Made by a program: the position numbers and the translations under genes. This document shows, in pieces, positions 48,821 through 60,795 of a stretch of 64,000 nucleotides of DNA. Origin of the DNA: Lepidodermella squamata (taxonomy: Eukaryota; Animalia; Gastrotricha); assembly GCA_047495785.1 (NCBI GenBank), contig JBLDXI010000001.1:1612001-1676000 (forward strand), read 5' to 3'. The notes beneath the pieces were generated by a model. It saw only the letters and a program-made list of their open reading frames with translations, was not told the DNA's origin and made no database searches. How positions within the stretch are numbered: the first letter of the stretch is position 1; every line of letters begins with the position of its first letter.

Positions 48821-50750
48821 ATGATTACTTTAATATTTTTCGCCCTGCTAACCAAAGGATTGGTCAACTGTGATCAATCCGATGTTTTGAGTCCTACTTT
48901 TGTGACTGGGACAGGGCCTGTTGTAGGCCGAGTCCTGACTCTACCTAATGGCGTGGAGGTCTACGAATTCCTGGGAATTCCATTCGCAGAGCCACCGATT
49001 GGAGAGCTGAGATTTCAAAAAACTGTCTCGAAGATACCATGGTCTTCAATTCTCACGGCTACAGAATGGCCCCCTACTTGCACACATTCACCACTGTTAA
49101 CCTCCGAAACTCCCGAATTCGGAAAAATATGGACACCGGTAATCATTTTGCATAGTAAAATGTTCGTGAAATTCAAGGTCGTATACAGCTAACAGATAAG
49201 CAATCCGAGGAGTGTCTATACTTAAATCTGTGGGTCCCCACGACAACGCTTCAAGGCAAACTCGCAACTTTTACTTGGATTCATGGTGGCGGCTTCATGG
49301 ATGGATCAACTTCCTACAACACCTATAACGGGAGCATATTAGCTGGGTTCAACAACATCATCGTCGCTAGCATTCAATACCGCCTTGGCTCTTTAGGTTT
49401 CGCTTATGACGGAAGCGAAGGTAGAATTCCGGGAAATATGGGTCTATGGGACCAGCTCGAAGCTATAAAATGGATTTGCGAAAACATCCATGTCTTCGGT
49501 GGGACTTGCGAGGACCATACAATAGCGGGTGAAAGCGCTGGGGGTGGTTCAGTTACGTTCCATCTGCTATCCCCTCATAGTAGAAAATACTTTAGCCGGG
49601 CGATTTCTCAGTCGGGTACAGCCCTTATCCCCTGGTTTCTGAGCTCAACGGATAGATCGAAGACGGTTACAACTCTACTCAGCGAACAGCTTAATTGTTC
49701 AGATTTCGATTGTCTGACCAAAGCTGATTCATCGCTATTTCCCGTTGCAGAGTCAGAAGTGATGCAGAAGGGATTCTTCCTTCCGTTTAGGCCGGTGATA
49801 GATGGTGATTTTCTTCCAAGCGATCCCCGAGAGATGATTCAAGCTGGTGAATTCTACCAAGTCCCTTTGTTGATTGGCTTCAACAGCGAGGAAGGGTCGA
49901 GAATCCTTACCATGACTGGTGAAGGAAGACAACTTCTGTTAGGCAAATCTGTTGAAGAGCTTTCGAAACTAAACGAAACTGCTTACAAGTCATTGATAAA
50001 ATCAGGCTTGTACTTGACTAAGATCGAAGAAATCGTTAAGCCACTTGCTGGGCAAGCTACCGCCCTGCACTATTGGCCTCGAAAGGAGCATCCAAATGGT
50101 CATGATTTCTTGCAAAGGGCGATCGATGCGGCTAGCGATGCAGCATTTATTTGCCCAATCGTCGAATGGGCTGAGTTGGCTTCGAAGCAGGACGCGCTGA
50201 AATCAAAGATTTTTGCATATCGGTTTAGTCGTCATAGGGCTGAATCACCTCTGCCAGACTGGATGGGTGCATATCACGGAGAAGAAATAGGGTAAAGAAA
50301 CATTCACGCGTCTCTGATCATCCTTTATCGGAATTGTTATAGATTTGTCTTTGGAGAGCCTTTTGCGGCCTACGCAACTGGTTATTCGGAAAGTGACAAA
50401 TTGCTAAGCATGGAAATGATGAAAAAATGGGCGAATTTCGTCAAAAGTGGGGACCCTAACTTTCAAGCCAACTCCTGCGAAGCGAACAGTGACTACTGCT
50501 CGGTAAGTTCTGATTATACAATGGACTCCCAGGAAATCGCTCCATTTCTAGGTTAAATGGTTGCCGTTTTTCGACAGTCAATGTGACAATCAGTATTTGG
50601 ACATTTCGCAGGGGTTCAGTAGCCAATGCGCTTTGAAAAAACTCGATTGCACGGTAAAGTTTACCTTTTAACTGTACATTTATTGTGAGTCATTCATTAT
50701 TCATTCAGTTTTGGCGCGATTTGTTTCCTCTGATGCAGAAATGCGGTTGA
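48821..50750 (+). CDS. Secreted AChE-like carboxylesterase CCE5 (the only copy retaining the Trp84-equivalent)
   Basis: Signal peptide, FGKIWTP|LTDKQSEECLYLN, HGGGF, GESAG, EEG and HGEE. Confidence 0.9.
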
Positions 50751-51097
50751 AATGACGCTATCCTCTTCCTGAATACTGTTTACATAGCGTGGTGTCTGCT
50801 ATTTTAAAAAGAATAAAATATATATAGATAATGCTAACCTTAATCTATGAATTCGGTCGTCTGGACTGATCCTATGTCGGGTATATTATATTTTGTGGTT
50901 GAAGTGCGACCAAGTGTTAGAATTCCCCAAGACGTATTGAACCTCCGTTGAACCAGTACTTTTTTTACCTCATCAGCCTCACAGGACTTCGATAAGGCCG
51001 ATACCGCCTTCGTTTACAGGACATAAAATGGTCACATGATCCATAATAATTGCACTGTTTCAATTGTTACAGAAATTATCTATTTTAAAGACGAATA

Positions 51098-53129
51098 ATG
51101 TATTCATTCGCGTTATCCCTAACTTTGGTCGCAGGTGTCTATTGCCACGAGACTGTAGTGCAAACCTCAACAGGCCCTGTTAGGGGCAGGCTGATAACAA
51201 TAGATGGTGGCCATCAAGTCTATGAATATCTTGGAATTCCGTTCGCTGAGCCTCCGATCGGTGACAAACGTTTTCGTAAAACAGTGGCAAAAGAACCTTG
51301 GACAGAAGTAATTGAGGCGACAAAATGGCCAAACGCTTGTCCTCAAATAAGCAGACTAGACCCAGGAATGATCATTAGAAAAATTATGTCTCCGGTAAGT
51401 AACTCAATTTTGCAGCATGTGACTTTTATTGGAACTCTTTTCATGTCTAGCTAGCCGAAAAAATGGATGAAGATTGCCTGTACCTCAACTTGTGGGTTCC
51501 AGCTGATTCACCCACCAACCAAACTTTAGCCGCCTTCACTTGGATCCACGGAGGAGTATACGCAGAGGGGGCTACTTCACTAAATCTTTACAATGGCAGC
51601 ATCTTAGCTGGATTCAACCACGTCATCGTCGCCTCAATTCAGTACCGGCTGGGGTCCCTCGGTTTTCTGTACGATGGTACTGAAGATTTGCCTGGAAACC
51701 AAGGCCTGTGGGATCAATTGGAGGCTATGAAATGGATATGCAAGAACTTACCTGCTTTCGGCGGATCATGTGACAAACACACGTTGGCAGGGGAGAGCGC
51801 TGGGTCTTCCTCCTTAACTTACCACCTACTGTCACCTCATAGCAAGCCCTACTTCTCACGGGGTATTGGGGAGTCTGGATCGGCTTTTTCTCCATGGGCT
51901 TTCCAAGATGGAAATCTCCTGAAAGGCTTGTATTTTGATAAATGGCTCGAGTCTACACCGTGTAAAGAGGCAGTTAGCAAGGCGGAGTGTTTGCGGACAA
52001 TTGAAGGCAGCGCTTTCACTATGTTGGATACTCAAGTGAGGAGAAAAGGTATCATCCTGCCGTTTAGACCGATAGTCGACGGAGATTTCCTGCCGAAACA
52101 TCCCCTTGAGATGATAAAGAACGGCGAATTCAGCCAAGTTCCTCTCCTCATGGGCAGTAATACTCATGAAGGCTCGATATTAATGAGGCTGTCACCCCTC
52201 GGGCAGCAGTTACTTCCAATCGTTCCCAACGAAGAGGAATTAATGGCAAACCTGACAATGGCTAATCTTGAAGACTTATTGAAAGCGGGTTTGGGAGGTT
52301 CTCTTAGCCAGATTCTTGTCAATCCGCTCGTGCCGAAGTCTTTAGTTTTGAACTACTGGCCTAAAGATAGCAGTGGCGCCGAGGTTCTTGCGTCGGCGAT
52401 TGATGCAGTCGGAGATTACTCGTTCGTTTGTCCGGTTAATCTGTGGACGCAGATTACGTCAAAAGCAGGAGACATGGGTTCAAAGATGTTTTCTTATCGG
52501 TACCGCCATCGCCGCGCTAACTTCGCCATACCCAAGTATATGGGCGTGCCGCATTTGGAAGAAATCGGGTACCATTGACGGATAATTGACGGATATAGTT
52601 GACACGTTGTTCATCTTTTACTTTACCGACTATTAGTTTTGTATTCGGCCAACCATTCCAACCTAATGCGAACAAGATCGGCTATGGGCCAGGTGATAAG
52701 GAAGTGAGTTTGACTGTCATGAAGTTTTGGAGCAATTTCATCAAATACGGGTAAGAAATTTCGAATTCGGTTCATCTAATATTTTATCTACTGAAGGGAC
52801 CCAAATGGCGATAATAATACCTGTGTAGCGCTCGATGGCTGTGAGGTACTTGATAGATCTTATCAAAATAATTGACAAATTGTCTATGCATATGATCTTG
52901 AAAAAGAGGTCATGGCCATCAATGGTAAATGAAAAATGCCAAGACCAAGCAATTGACATCGCGGACGCGGGAGTACCGAAACTCATATGTGGCTGGAAGA
53001 CTCGGGAATGTCTGGTGAGTTTCGCTGTAGAGAGATTTGAAGATAACCTAAATTCCTCACTTTTTCAATCAGTTTTGGAACGATTTCCTACCTAAACTGA
53101 TTAGCCTGAGCGCTGGAAATGAAGCTTGA
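51098..53129 (+). CDS. Secreted AChE-like carboxylesterase CCE6
   Basis: Signal peptide, DEDCLYLN, HGGVY, GESAG, HEG and HLEE. Confidence 0.9.
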
Positions 53130-53942
53130 TGGAGCTGTACAAGAACAAAGGACAATGAATCATATATAAATAGAAGTTTATTTATACCTGAAAATAACCG
53201 AAACATAGGTAGGAAATAAACTCATAGCGCTCAATGTCATCAATCGTAAAGTAAAAACAATGCTTATTTATCGTGTTTAAAGTTGTACTGGTGTTCAAAG
53301 TTATACCAGCTACCCTTGCAACTTTGGGCGCATGTCACGCGAAACCACTCCATCGATGGGCGTGCCTTTCTGGCTACTGCTTTAGAAAACTATAAGCTTG
53401 AATTCGCCAAGTTGGACCGCGCGGATATCTGCTACGGTTATCGCAGGGCAACACTTCAAAGTAGACAAAAAACGATGTTTTCGCGAAATTTTTCAAAGGA
53501 GAGACCGTGGGGGCTGTGTTGATGAAACTTGGCTAAAAGTTAGATCACAACGATATCTGTATTCAGTAAAATTCCCAAGTGGTAGATCCCCATGGTTTCA
53601 GAGAAAAGCTGATAAGCTTGAAATTTTCAAACTTTTATCTGTTCAAAGTTGTACTGGATTACGGTATAGATAAAGCTAACACTTATCTATGAAGTCCGGC
53701 CCTGTGACTGATTCCATTTGCAGATTATTTTTTTTGTGGTTAAAGAGCGACATTGCTCGAGTGTTCGCATTCACCGAGACGTTCTCCGTGCTTTCTTAAA
53801 CCAGTGCCCTTTTAACCTTATCAGCGAATAAGGACTTCGATAAGGCCGATACCGCATTCGGAATGGTCACGTGAACCCAAAAACATTGCGAGAGCTCTGC
53901 ATCCTTGCAGTTACAACAGAAATATCTATTTCAAGTTGAATA

Positions 53943-55977
53943 ATGTGTTCATTCGTGGTGCTATTCTTATCAGTGGTAGCAGGTGTATATTGCCAAGAGC
54001 ATAGCCCTGTATTTCAAACATCAACTGGTCCTATCAGGGGCAGGCTAATTACTGTGGACGGTGGTCATCAAGTCTATGAATTTCTCGGCATTCCTTATGC
54101 TGAACCCCCGATTGGCGACAAACGTTTTCGTAAAACAGTTGCAAAACAACCTTGGACAGAAGTAATTGAGGCGACAAAATGGCCAAACGCTTGTCCTCAA
54201 ATTAGCACGCTAGATCCAGGAATGATTATAAAGAAAATTATGTCACCGGTCAGTAACTAAATTTCGCAGCATGTCATCCTTATTCAGGTTTCATGTCTAG
54301 CTAGCCGAAAAGATGGACGAAGATTGCTTGTACCTCAACTTGTGGGTTCCGGCTGATGCACCAACAAATAATGCCAACCAAACGACTTTATCCGCTTTCA
54401 CTTGGATCCACGGAGGCGTATTCGCCGAGGGAGCTACTTCACTAAATCTTTACAATGGCAGCATCTTAGCTGGATTCAACCACGTCATCGTCGCCTCAAT
54501 TCAGTACCGGCTGGGGTCCCTCGGTTTTCTGTACGATGGTACTGAATATTTGCCTGGAAACCAAGGCCTGTGGGATCAATTGGAGGCTATGAAATGGATA
54601 TGCAAGAACTTAGATGCTTTCGGCGGATCATGTGACAAACACACGTTGGCAGGGGAGAGCGCTGGGTCTTCCTCCTTAACTTACCACCTACTGTCACCTC
54701 ATAGCAAGCCCTACTTCTCACGGGGTATTGGGGAGTCTGGATCGGCTTTTTCTCCATGGGCTTTCCAAGATGGAAATCTCCTGAAAGGCTTGTATTTTGA
54801 TAAATGGCTCGAGTCTACACCGTGTAAAGAGGCAGTTAGCAAGGCGGAGTGTTTGCGGACAATTGAAGGCAGCGCTTTTCCTATGTTTGACATTCAAGTT
54901 ATGATGAATGGCATCATCCTGCCGTTTAGACCGATTGTTGACGGAGATTTCTTGCCAAAACATCCCCTCCAAATGATAAAGAGTGGCGAGTTCAGTCAAG
55001 TTCCCCTCCTAATGGGCAGTAATACCCATGAAGGCTCGATACTAATGAGGATGTCACCTTTTGGACAACAACTGCTTCCAATCGTTCCCAATGAAGAGGA
55101 ATTAATGGCAAACCTGACTATGGCTAATCATGAAGACTTATTGAAAGCGGGCCTGGGAGGTTTTCTCAGCCAAATCTTTGTCAATCCGCTCGTGCTGCAG
55201 TCTGTAGTTTTGAACTACTGGCCTAAAGATAGCAGTGGCGCCGAGGTTCTTGCGTCGGCGATTGATGCAGTCGGAGATTACTCGTTCGTCTGTTCGGTCA
55301 ATCTGTGGACGCAAATTACGTCGAAAGCAGGAGATATGGGTTCAAAAATGTTTTCATATCGCTACAGCCATCGCCGAGCTCACTTCGACATCCCGAAATA
55401 TATGGGCGTGTTGCATTTGGAAGAAGTCGGGTACGGATATAATTGCTACTTTGTAATCTCATATTCTATCGGATATTTAGCTTTGTCTTCGGTCAACCAT
55501 TCCAGCCTAATGCGCACGAGATCGGTTACGGACCAGGTGATAAGGAAGTGAGTTTGACAGTTATGAAGCTATGGAGTAATTTCATCAAATACGGGTAAGA
55601 AATTTTGAATTCTGTGGCTCGGGCATTTCTACAATATACTGAAGGGACCCAAATGGCGAAACGAATACCTGTGTAGCGCTCGATGGCTGTGAGGTACTTG
55701 ATAGATCTTATCAAAATAATTGACAAATTGTCTATGCATATGATCTTGAAAAAGAGGTCATGGCCATCAATGGTAAATGAAAAATGCCAAGACCAAGCAA
55801 TTGACATCGCGGACGCGGGAGTACCGAAACTCATATGTGGCTGGAAGACTCGGGAATGTCTGGTGAGTTTCGCTGTAGAGAGATTTGAAGATAACCTAAA
55901 TTCCTCACTTTTTCAATCAGTTTTGGAACGATTTCCTACCTAAACTGATTAGCCTGAGCGCTGGAAATGAAGCTTGA
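53943..55977 (+). CDS. Secreted AChE-like carboxylesterase CCE7 (recent paralog of CCE6)
   Basis: Same motifs as CCE6, with long tracts nearly identical to it. Confidence 0.9.
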
Positions 55978-56708
55978 TGGAGCTGTACAAGAACAAAAGA
56001 CAATGAAATTGTAATTTTACAATTACGCTTTTAAAGCAAAATCATAATTGTAATACGAATACATAGTAAAACTTTGCCTTCTATGAAATCATTTGAGTCC
56101 GGATTTCACTCAAGGCACATAAAAGTAAATGTGCTTTACGGAAAGCTTGGATAAAATCTAACGGCGACAGCCAGGCTTTTTTACGCTCTATCTCGATTTT
56201 AATCTCGAGGTTTTCAAGCGCTTCAAAGGGCTTAGTGACGCCAAAATTGTGTCTCAAGGAAAAATCTAACAATAGAGCAGCCTGCAGAAATAGGTTTTAC
56301 GGCTGAATTTTGGTATTCGAGGATGGTTCATTGTCATTTTTGCTGGAAAGGTGGAACGTGCTATCGGCAGCGCATTGCTTTATTCTGAAGAAACATACAT
56401 GTTGACATAATTTTTGACATAATGCATAAGCCGTTAACATTGGTCTTGTTATCCAACGTTAAGTTTTCAACTCCATTTACAGTCGCCATGAAGCCGTTGG
56501 CGTCATTGGTGCCGATTCTTTTTGCTGATTTTTATGGTCTTTCGTCTGTCATGTTATCAGTATGCTCGGGTTTTTCCGGCTTACACAGATGGGCGCAGTT
56601 GAACGGCCGCCTTATCAGTGAAAGTCGCCACATTACGATACCGCAGCCACAGCAGCTGAAAGCTGTATAGTTCCAGCTATTCAACAACTATCTCTGATCC
56701 ACAGCTAA

Positions 56709-58736
56709 ATGATGTATTCCCTTGCAGTTGTGGTACTGTTGGCGACAGCATATAGCGTCCATTGCATAGAGTCTAGCCCTGTAATACAGACACAGAGTGG
56801 CCCTGTTAGGGGCAGGCTAATTACTGTGGACGGTGGTCATCAAGTCTATGAATTTCTTGGGATTCCGTTCGCTGAACCTCCAATCGGCGACAGACGTTTT
56901 CGTAAAACAGTGGCTAAAGAACCGTGGACAGAAATAGTTGACGCTGCAAAATGGCCGAATTCTTGCCCTCATATCAGCACGCTGGATCCAGAAATGGCAA
57001 TGATGAAAAAAGTAGTGACACCGGTATGTAACAATTATTCTATAAACTACTCCAGTTAAACTTCTTCACGCTTTTAGTTATCCGAAAAAATGGACGAAGA
57101 TTGCTTGTACCTTAACCTGTGGGTTCCAGCGCACCATGAAGGCGAATCTCTATCAGCTTTCACATGGATCCATGGCGGGGCATTTGCAGAGGGAACTTCT
57201 TCTCTTAATCTTTACAATGGCAGCGTCCTAGCTGGATTAAACCACATCATTGTCGCCTCAATTCAGTACCGTCTTGGATCCCTCGGATTCATGTATGACG
57301 GTAGTGAAAACATGCCAGGAAACATGGGCCTCTGGGATCAGCTGGAAGCTATCAAATGGATATGCAATAATCTGCCCGCTTTCGGAGGGTCCTGTGACAA
57401 ACACACAATTGCTGGTGAGAGTGCCGGTTCTGCATCTGTGACGTATCATCTACTTTCACCGCATAGCAAGCCGTACTTCACACGGGCTATTTTGCCGAGT
57501 CTGGTACAGCTTTATGCCCATGGGCCCTCGGTGATGCTAACCTACTGAAAGGCTTGTATTTTGAAAAATGGCTCCAGTCTACACCGTGTCAGCAATCGGA
57601 CAACGTGTTGGACTGCCTGATAAAGCTCGAAGGCAGTGCCTTCCCTATGTTAGACATTCAGCTGATGATGAAAGGCTTTATCCTTCCTTTTCGACCAGTT
57701 GTCGATGGGGATTTTCTACCGAAGCATCCTCTGGAACTGATCAAAAGCGGCGAGTTCAACCAAGTTCCGTTACTCATCGGCAGTAATCTTCATGAAGGCT
57801 CAATGATGGTTCGTATGACGCCGCTCGGAAAAGAATTGCTTCCTGCTTTGCCCAACGAGGGTGAAATTGTAGCGAATCTATCAATGGCTAATCACGAAGA
57901 CTTGTTAAAAGCGAGTTTAGCGGCTTTTCTTGGCCAAATTTTTGTCGATCCAACCCTGCGACAGTCAGTTGTTCTGAATTATTGGCCTAAAGATGGCAGT
58001 GGGGCTGAAGTTCTAGCCTCCGCCATAGATGCCGCTGGTGACTATGCGTTTGTCTGCCCGATCAATCTATGGACTCAGATCACGTCAAAAACAAGCGGGT
58101 TAGGATCTAAGATTTTTTCATACCGATATGGCCATCGCCGTGCCAACTTTGCCATACCAAAATACATGGGCGTTTTTCATGCCGAAGAAATCGGGTACGT
58201 AATAATTCCTTTACACTTTATGTCACATTGATAGCTTGTCACAAATTAAGGTTTGTTTTTGGCGAGCCCTTTCAGCCAAATGCTCTTGAGTTCGGCTATG
58301 GACCAGGGGATAAGGAAGTGAGTTTGACGGTGATGAAGCTTTGGAGCAATTTCGTCAAATACGGGTGGGAAATTTTCTCGGGCGGTGTCCATTTTAAGCT
58401 TTTTTATTTCTGAAGAGACCCGAATGGCAAGACTGATACCTGCGATGCGATCACTGGCTGTGAGGTAGGTGGAATTTTAGGTTTATAATGATTCTTCAAT
58501 TCTGTAAAAGAGATCATGGCTACCATTGGTAAATGAAAATTGTAACAACCAAGCTGCGGATATCTCTGATGCCTCAGGCCCGAAACCTCTATGCGGCTGG
58601 AAAACCCGCGACTGTTTGGTGAGTTTCTCCTTACAGGATCACTTAAAAGCTGACTCATTTCTTAATCCAAATTTCCCAGTTTTGGAACGAATTCATACCG
58701 GAGCTATTACGCCGAAACACGGGAAATCGCGCTTGA
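56709..58736 (+). pseudogene. AChE-like carboxylesterase CCE8 with a single +2 frameshift at ~57490 (pseudogene or sequence error)
   Basis: gct att TT gcc gag tct versus ggt att ggg gag tct in the paralogs. The ORFs and splice sites are otherwise intact, and GESAG, HEG and HAEE are retained. Confidence 0.75.
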
Positions 58737-59065
58737 AGAAGCACCAAACAACTCTGGCAACCTGATTTTAAATTCCTATAATCTAATGTTGGTAATGAAA
58801 TAAAGGGAAGAAATTATTGTTATAGCCATCGTGCATCCTCGCATTATTAAAAATGACTCGCCTACGGCTGAAATCTGAGTACGCATGAATAAGCCCATAA
58901 AAAGTTGACCGTTGCTCTTTGCTCGTCATGCCGCGAGTCAGTCGTGCGGCAATAAAAATGCGCACCCGTTGATGGCCACCGGTTATAACCCGTTTCGCTA
59001 CCCTTAAATATGCAAATATTAGGGTATGTATCATTACGAAAGTTTCTACGGACTAATCATTAAAC

Positions 59066-60694
59066 ATGACGTCGTGTCAAGCTGACGAGCCACTCAACTT
59101 GTCTCACGAGGGGCATTTGCTTGAAAAAATTGAGCACCTCCTCACTGCGGGAGCGCTTTGTGATGTCACCTTTAAGGTGGAAAACAAACTCTTTCACGCT
59201 CATCGGTTAATTCTAGCAGTCCAGTCGGAATACTTTCGAATCCTGCTGTTCGGCAGAGGTTTTCAAGAGGCGGAGCGATTAAATGAAGAAATTACGCTGC
59301 CGAGCAAACGGGCGCTACCATTCAGCCATTTGCTGTTCTATCTATATACTGGACGATTCGAGGAGAGCCTCGATTCTCTGAATCTGGAGACTCTCGTCGA
59401 AATCCTGCAAATGGCACATGAGTATCAAGTCGATAGTCTAGTCGCGGGCCTCATCGATTATGTTACTGAGCACCGAATCGATGTCGACAACGTTTTATTC
59501 CTATATTTTGATGTCGCCGCGATGTATACTTCGGACAAGCTATCAGAAGCCTGTATTGAATTTATATACGAAAGAGCTGGGCAGTTGGTGGAACACGAAA
59601 CATTCCTCTGCCTTCCAGCGGCTTGTCTCGCGGAACTTCTCTGCCGGGACGAGTTTAGCCTCGATGAATGGACCATCGTAATGTCTGTCTTAAAATGGGC
59701 ACGCCTTAGTCGACCCACCCAAGATGATGCTAGGATGGTGGTCAAACAGATCCGATTCAATTTGATCGATTTCGGCGATGGCAGGATGAGTTTTTCGTCT
59801 TTGAATCCGGTTTACGACTTGGTCACTTCTTGCGGTTTGGATCTAGCTGATTTAGCTGCAATACCATGGCCGGAGAGGAAAAGAATTTTCTGTGAGTTTA
59901 ATTAATTCCTGAAATATTTTATGATAGAACATCATTTTAGTGGCCGTTGAAAACGTGGCAACACGGGAGCGGAAAGCACGTGTGTTACGCGATGGTAACG
60001 TTAACAATCGTCGTGCGCTAATTTCAGGCCGTTATCGGTCGCTGAATAGCCGTGAAAATCCTGACTTGTCACTCAACACTCACCACCCTTTGCTGCCGAA
60101 CAACGAAATCCATGGAAACTGCTTCGTTACGATCAAATTCAGCGAGCCGTGTCTTGTCTCATCAATGTTAATCGACCTGCCTTTGATCAAATCACTCCAT
60201 ACTATCACGTGGAATTTCAAGATTGAGACGTCGTTGGATAATGTTGATTGGCAACTGCTGGCTGACTGCCAAAACTGCGCCGGTTCGCAGTTGATGCTGT
60301 TTGAGCATCGGAAATTGCAATATGGTAAGATATTATAAATGTCAAATTTTCCACATGCAAAAATTCTGTTTTTCCAGTTAAAATAACCGGTTATATTGGA
60401 AACGGTCGTCACAATTCGAATTCCGTTGATTCTTTCTGCGTTTTAAACTTTGAATGCCCTGCCACTGGGATTCGTGATGAAGAGATCGCAAAGCTTGAAA
60501 AGACTAAGCAATATTGGGACGATGTTGACATCGAGGAGCGATTTATTTTGATTCAAAGAGACTCTAGATATTTTTGTTACCCTGAAGCTAAGCAATCTAA
60601 ACGTCAAAATGTTAACATTTCCCGGTCTCGTGACCGTTTTTCGCTTACTGGAACTCTCTCAAAGGCCTTTCGTAAATTGCTTCTATCGCGTTGA
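59066..60694 (+). CDS. BTB-BACK protein with a C-terminal discoidin/F5-8C-like domain (BTBD9-like); exons 59066-59891, 59941-60324, 60378-60694
   Basis: CDVTFKVE..FHAHRLILAVQSEYFR (BTB), then a BACK region, ENVAT, FKIETSLDNVDW and VKITG..F.V..FEC. Confidence 0.8.
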
Positions 60695-60795
60695 TGATTC
60701 ATCGCATTTTAATGAATAAAGATTATTATTGCGTATCACGGCAACTTTTGAGCTAATAACACAGTTCCATTGACCAAAGTCAAGTTTTTAAAAGC

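Noticed and set aside
53275-53660. Possible Kolobok-like insertion between CCE6 and CCE7 (TTAAAG start, AAAGTTGTACTGG repeated)
   Set aside because: No matching right TIR or TSD was found.
33168-58736. Calling the esterases ace-1/ace-2 orthologs or neuroligins
   Set aside because: They lack the Trp84-equivalent (7 of 8) and anchoring tails. They also retain the catalytic Ser and have no TM segment, so neither symbol is supportable.
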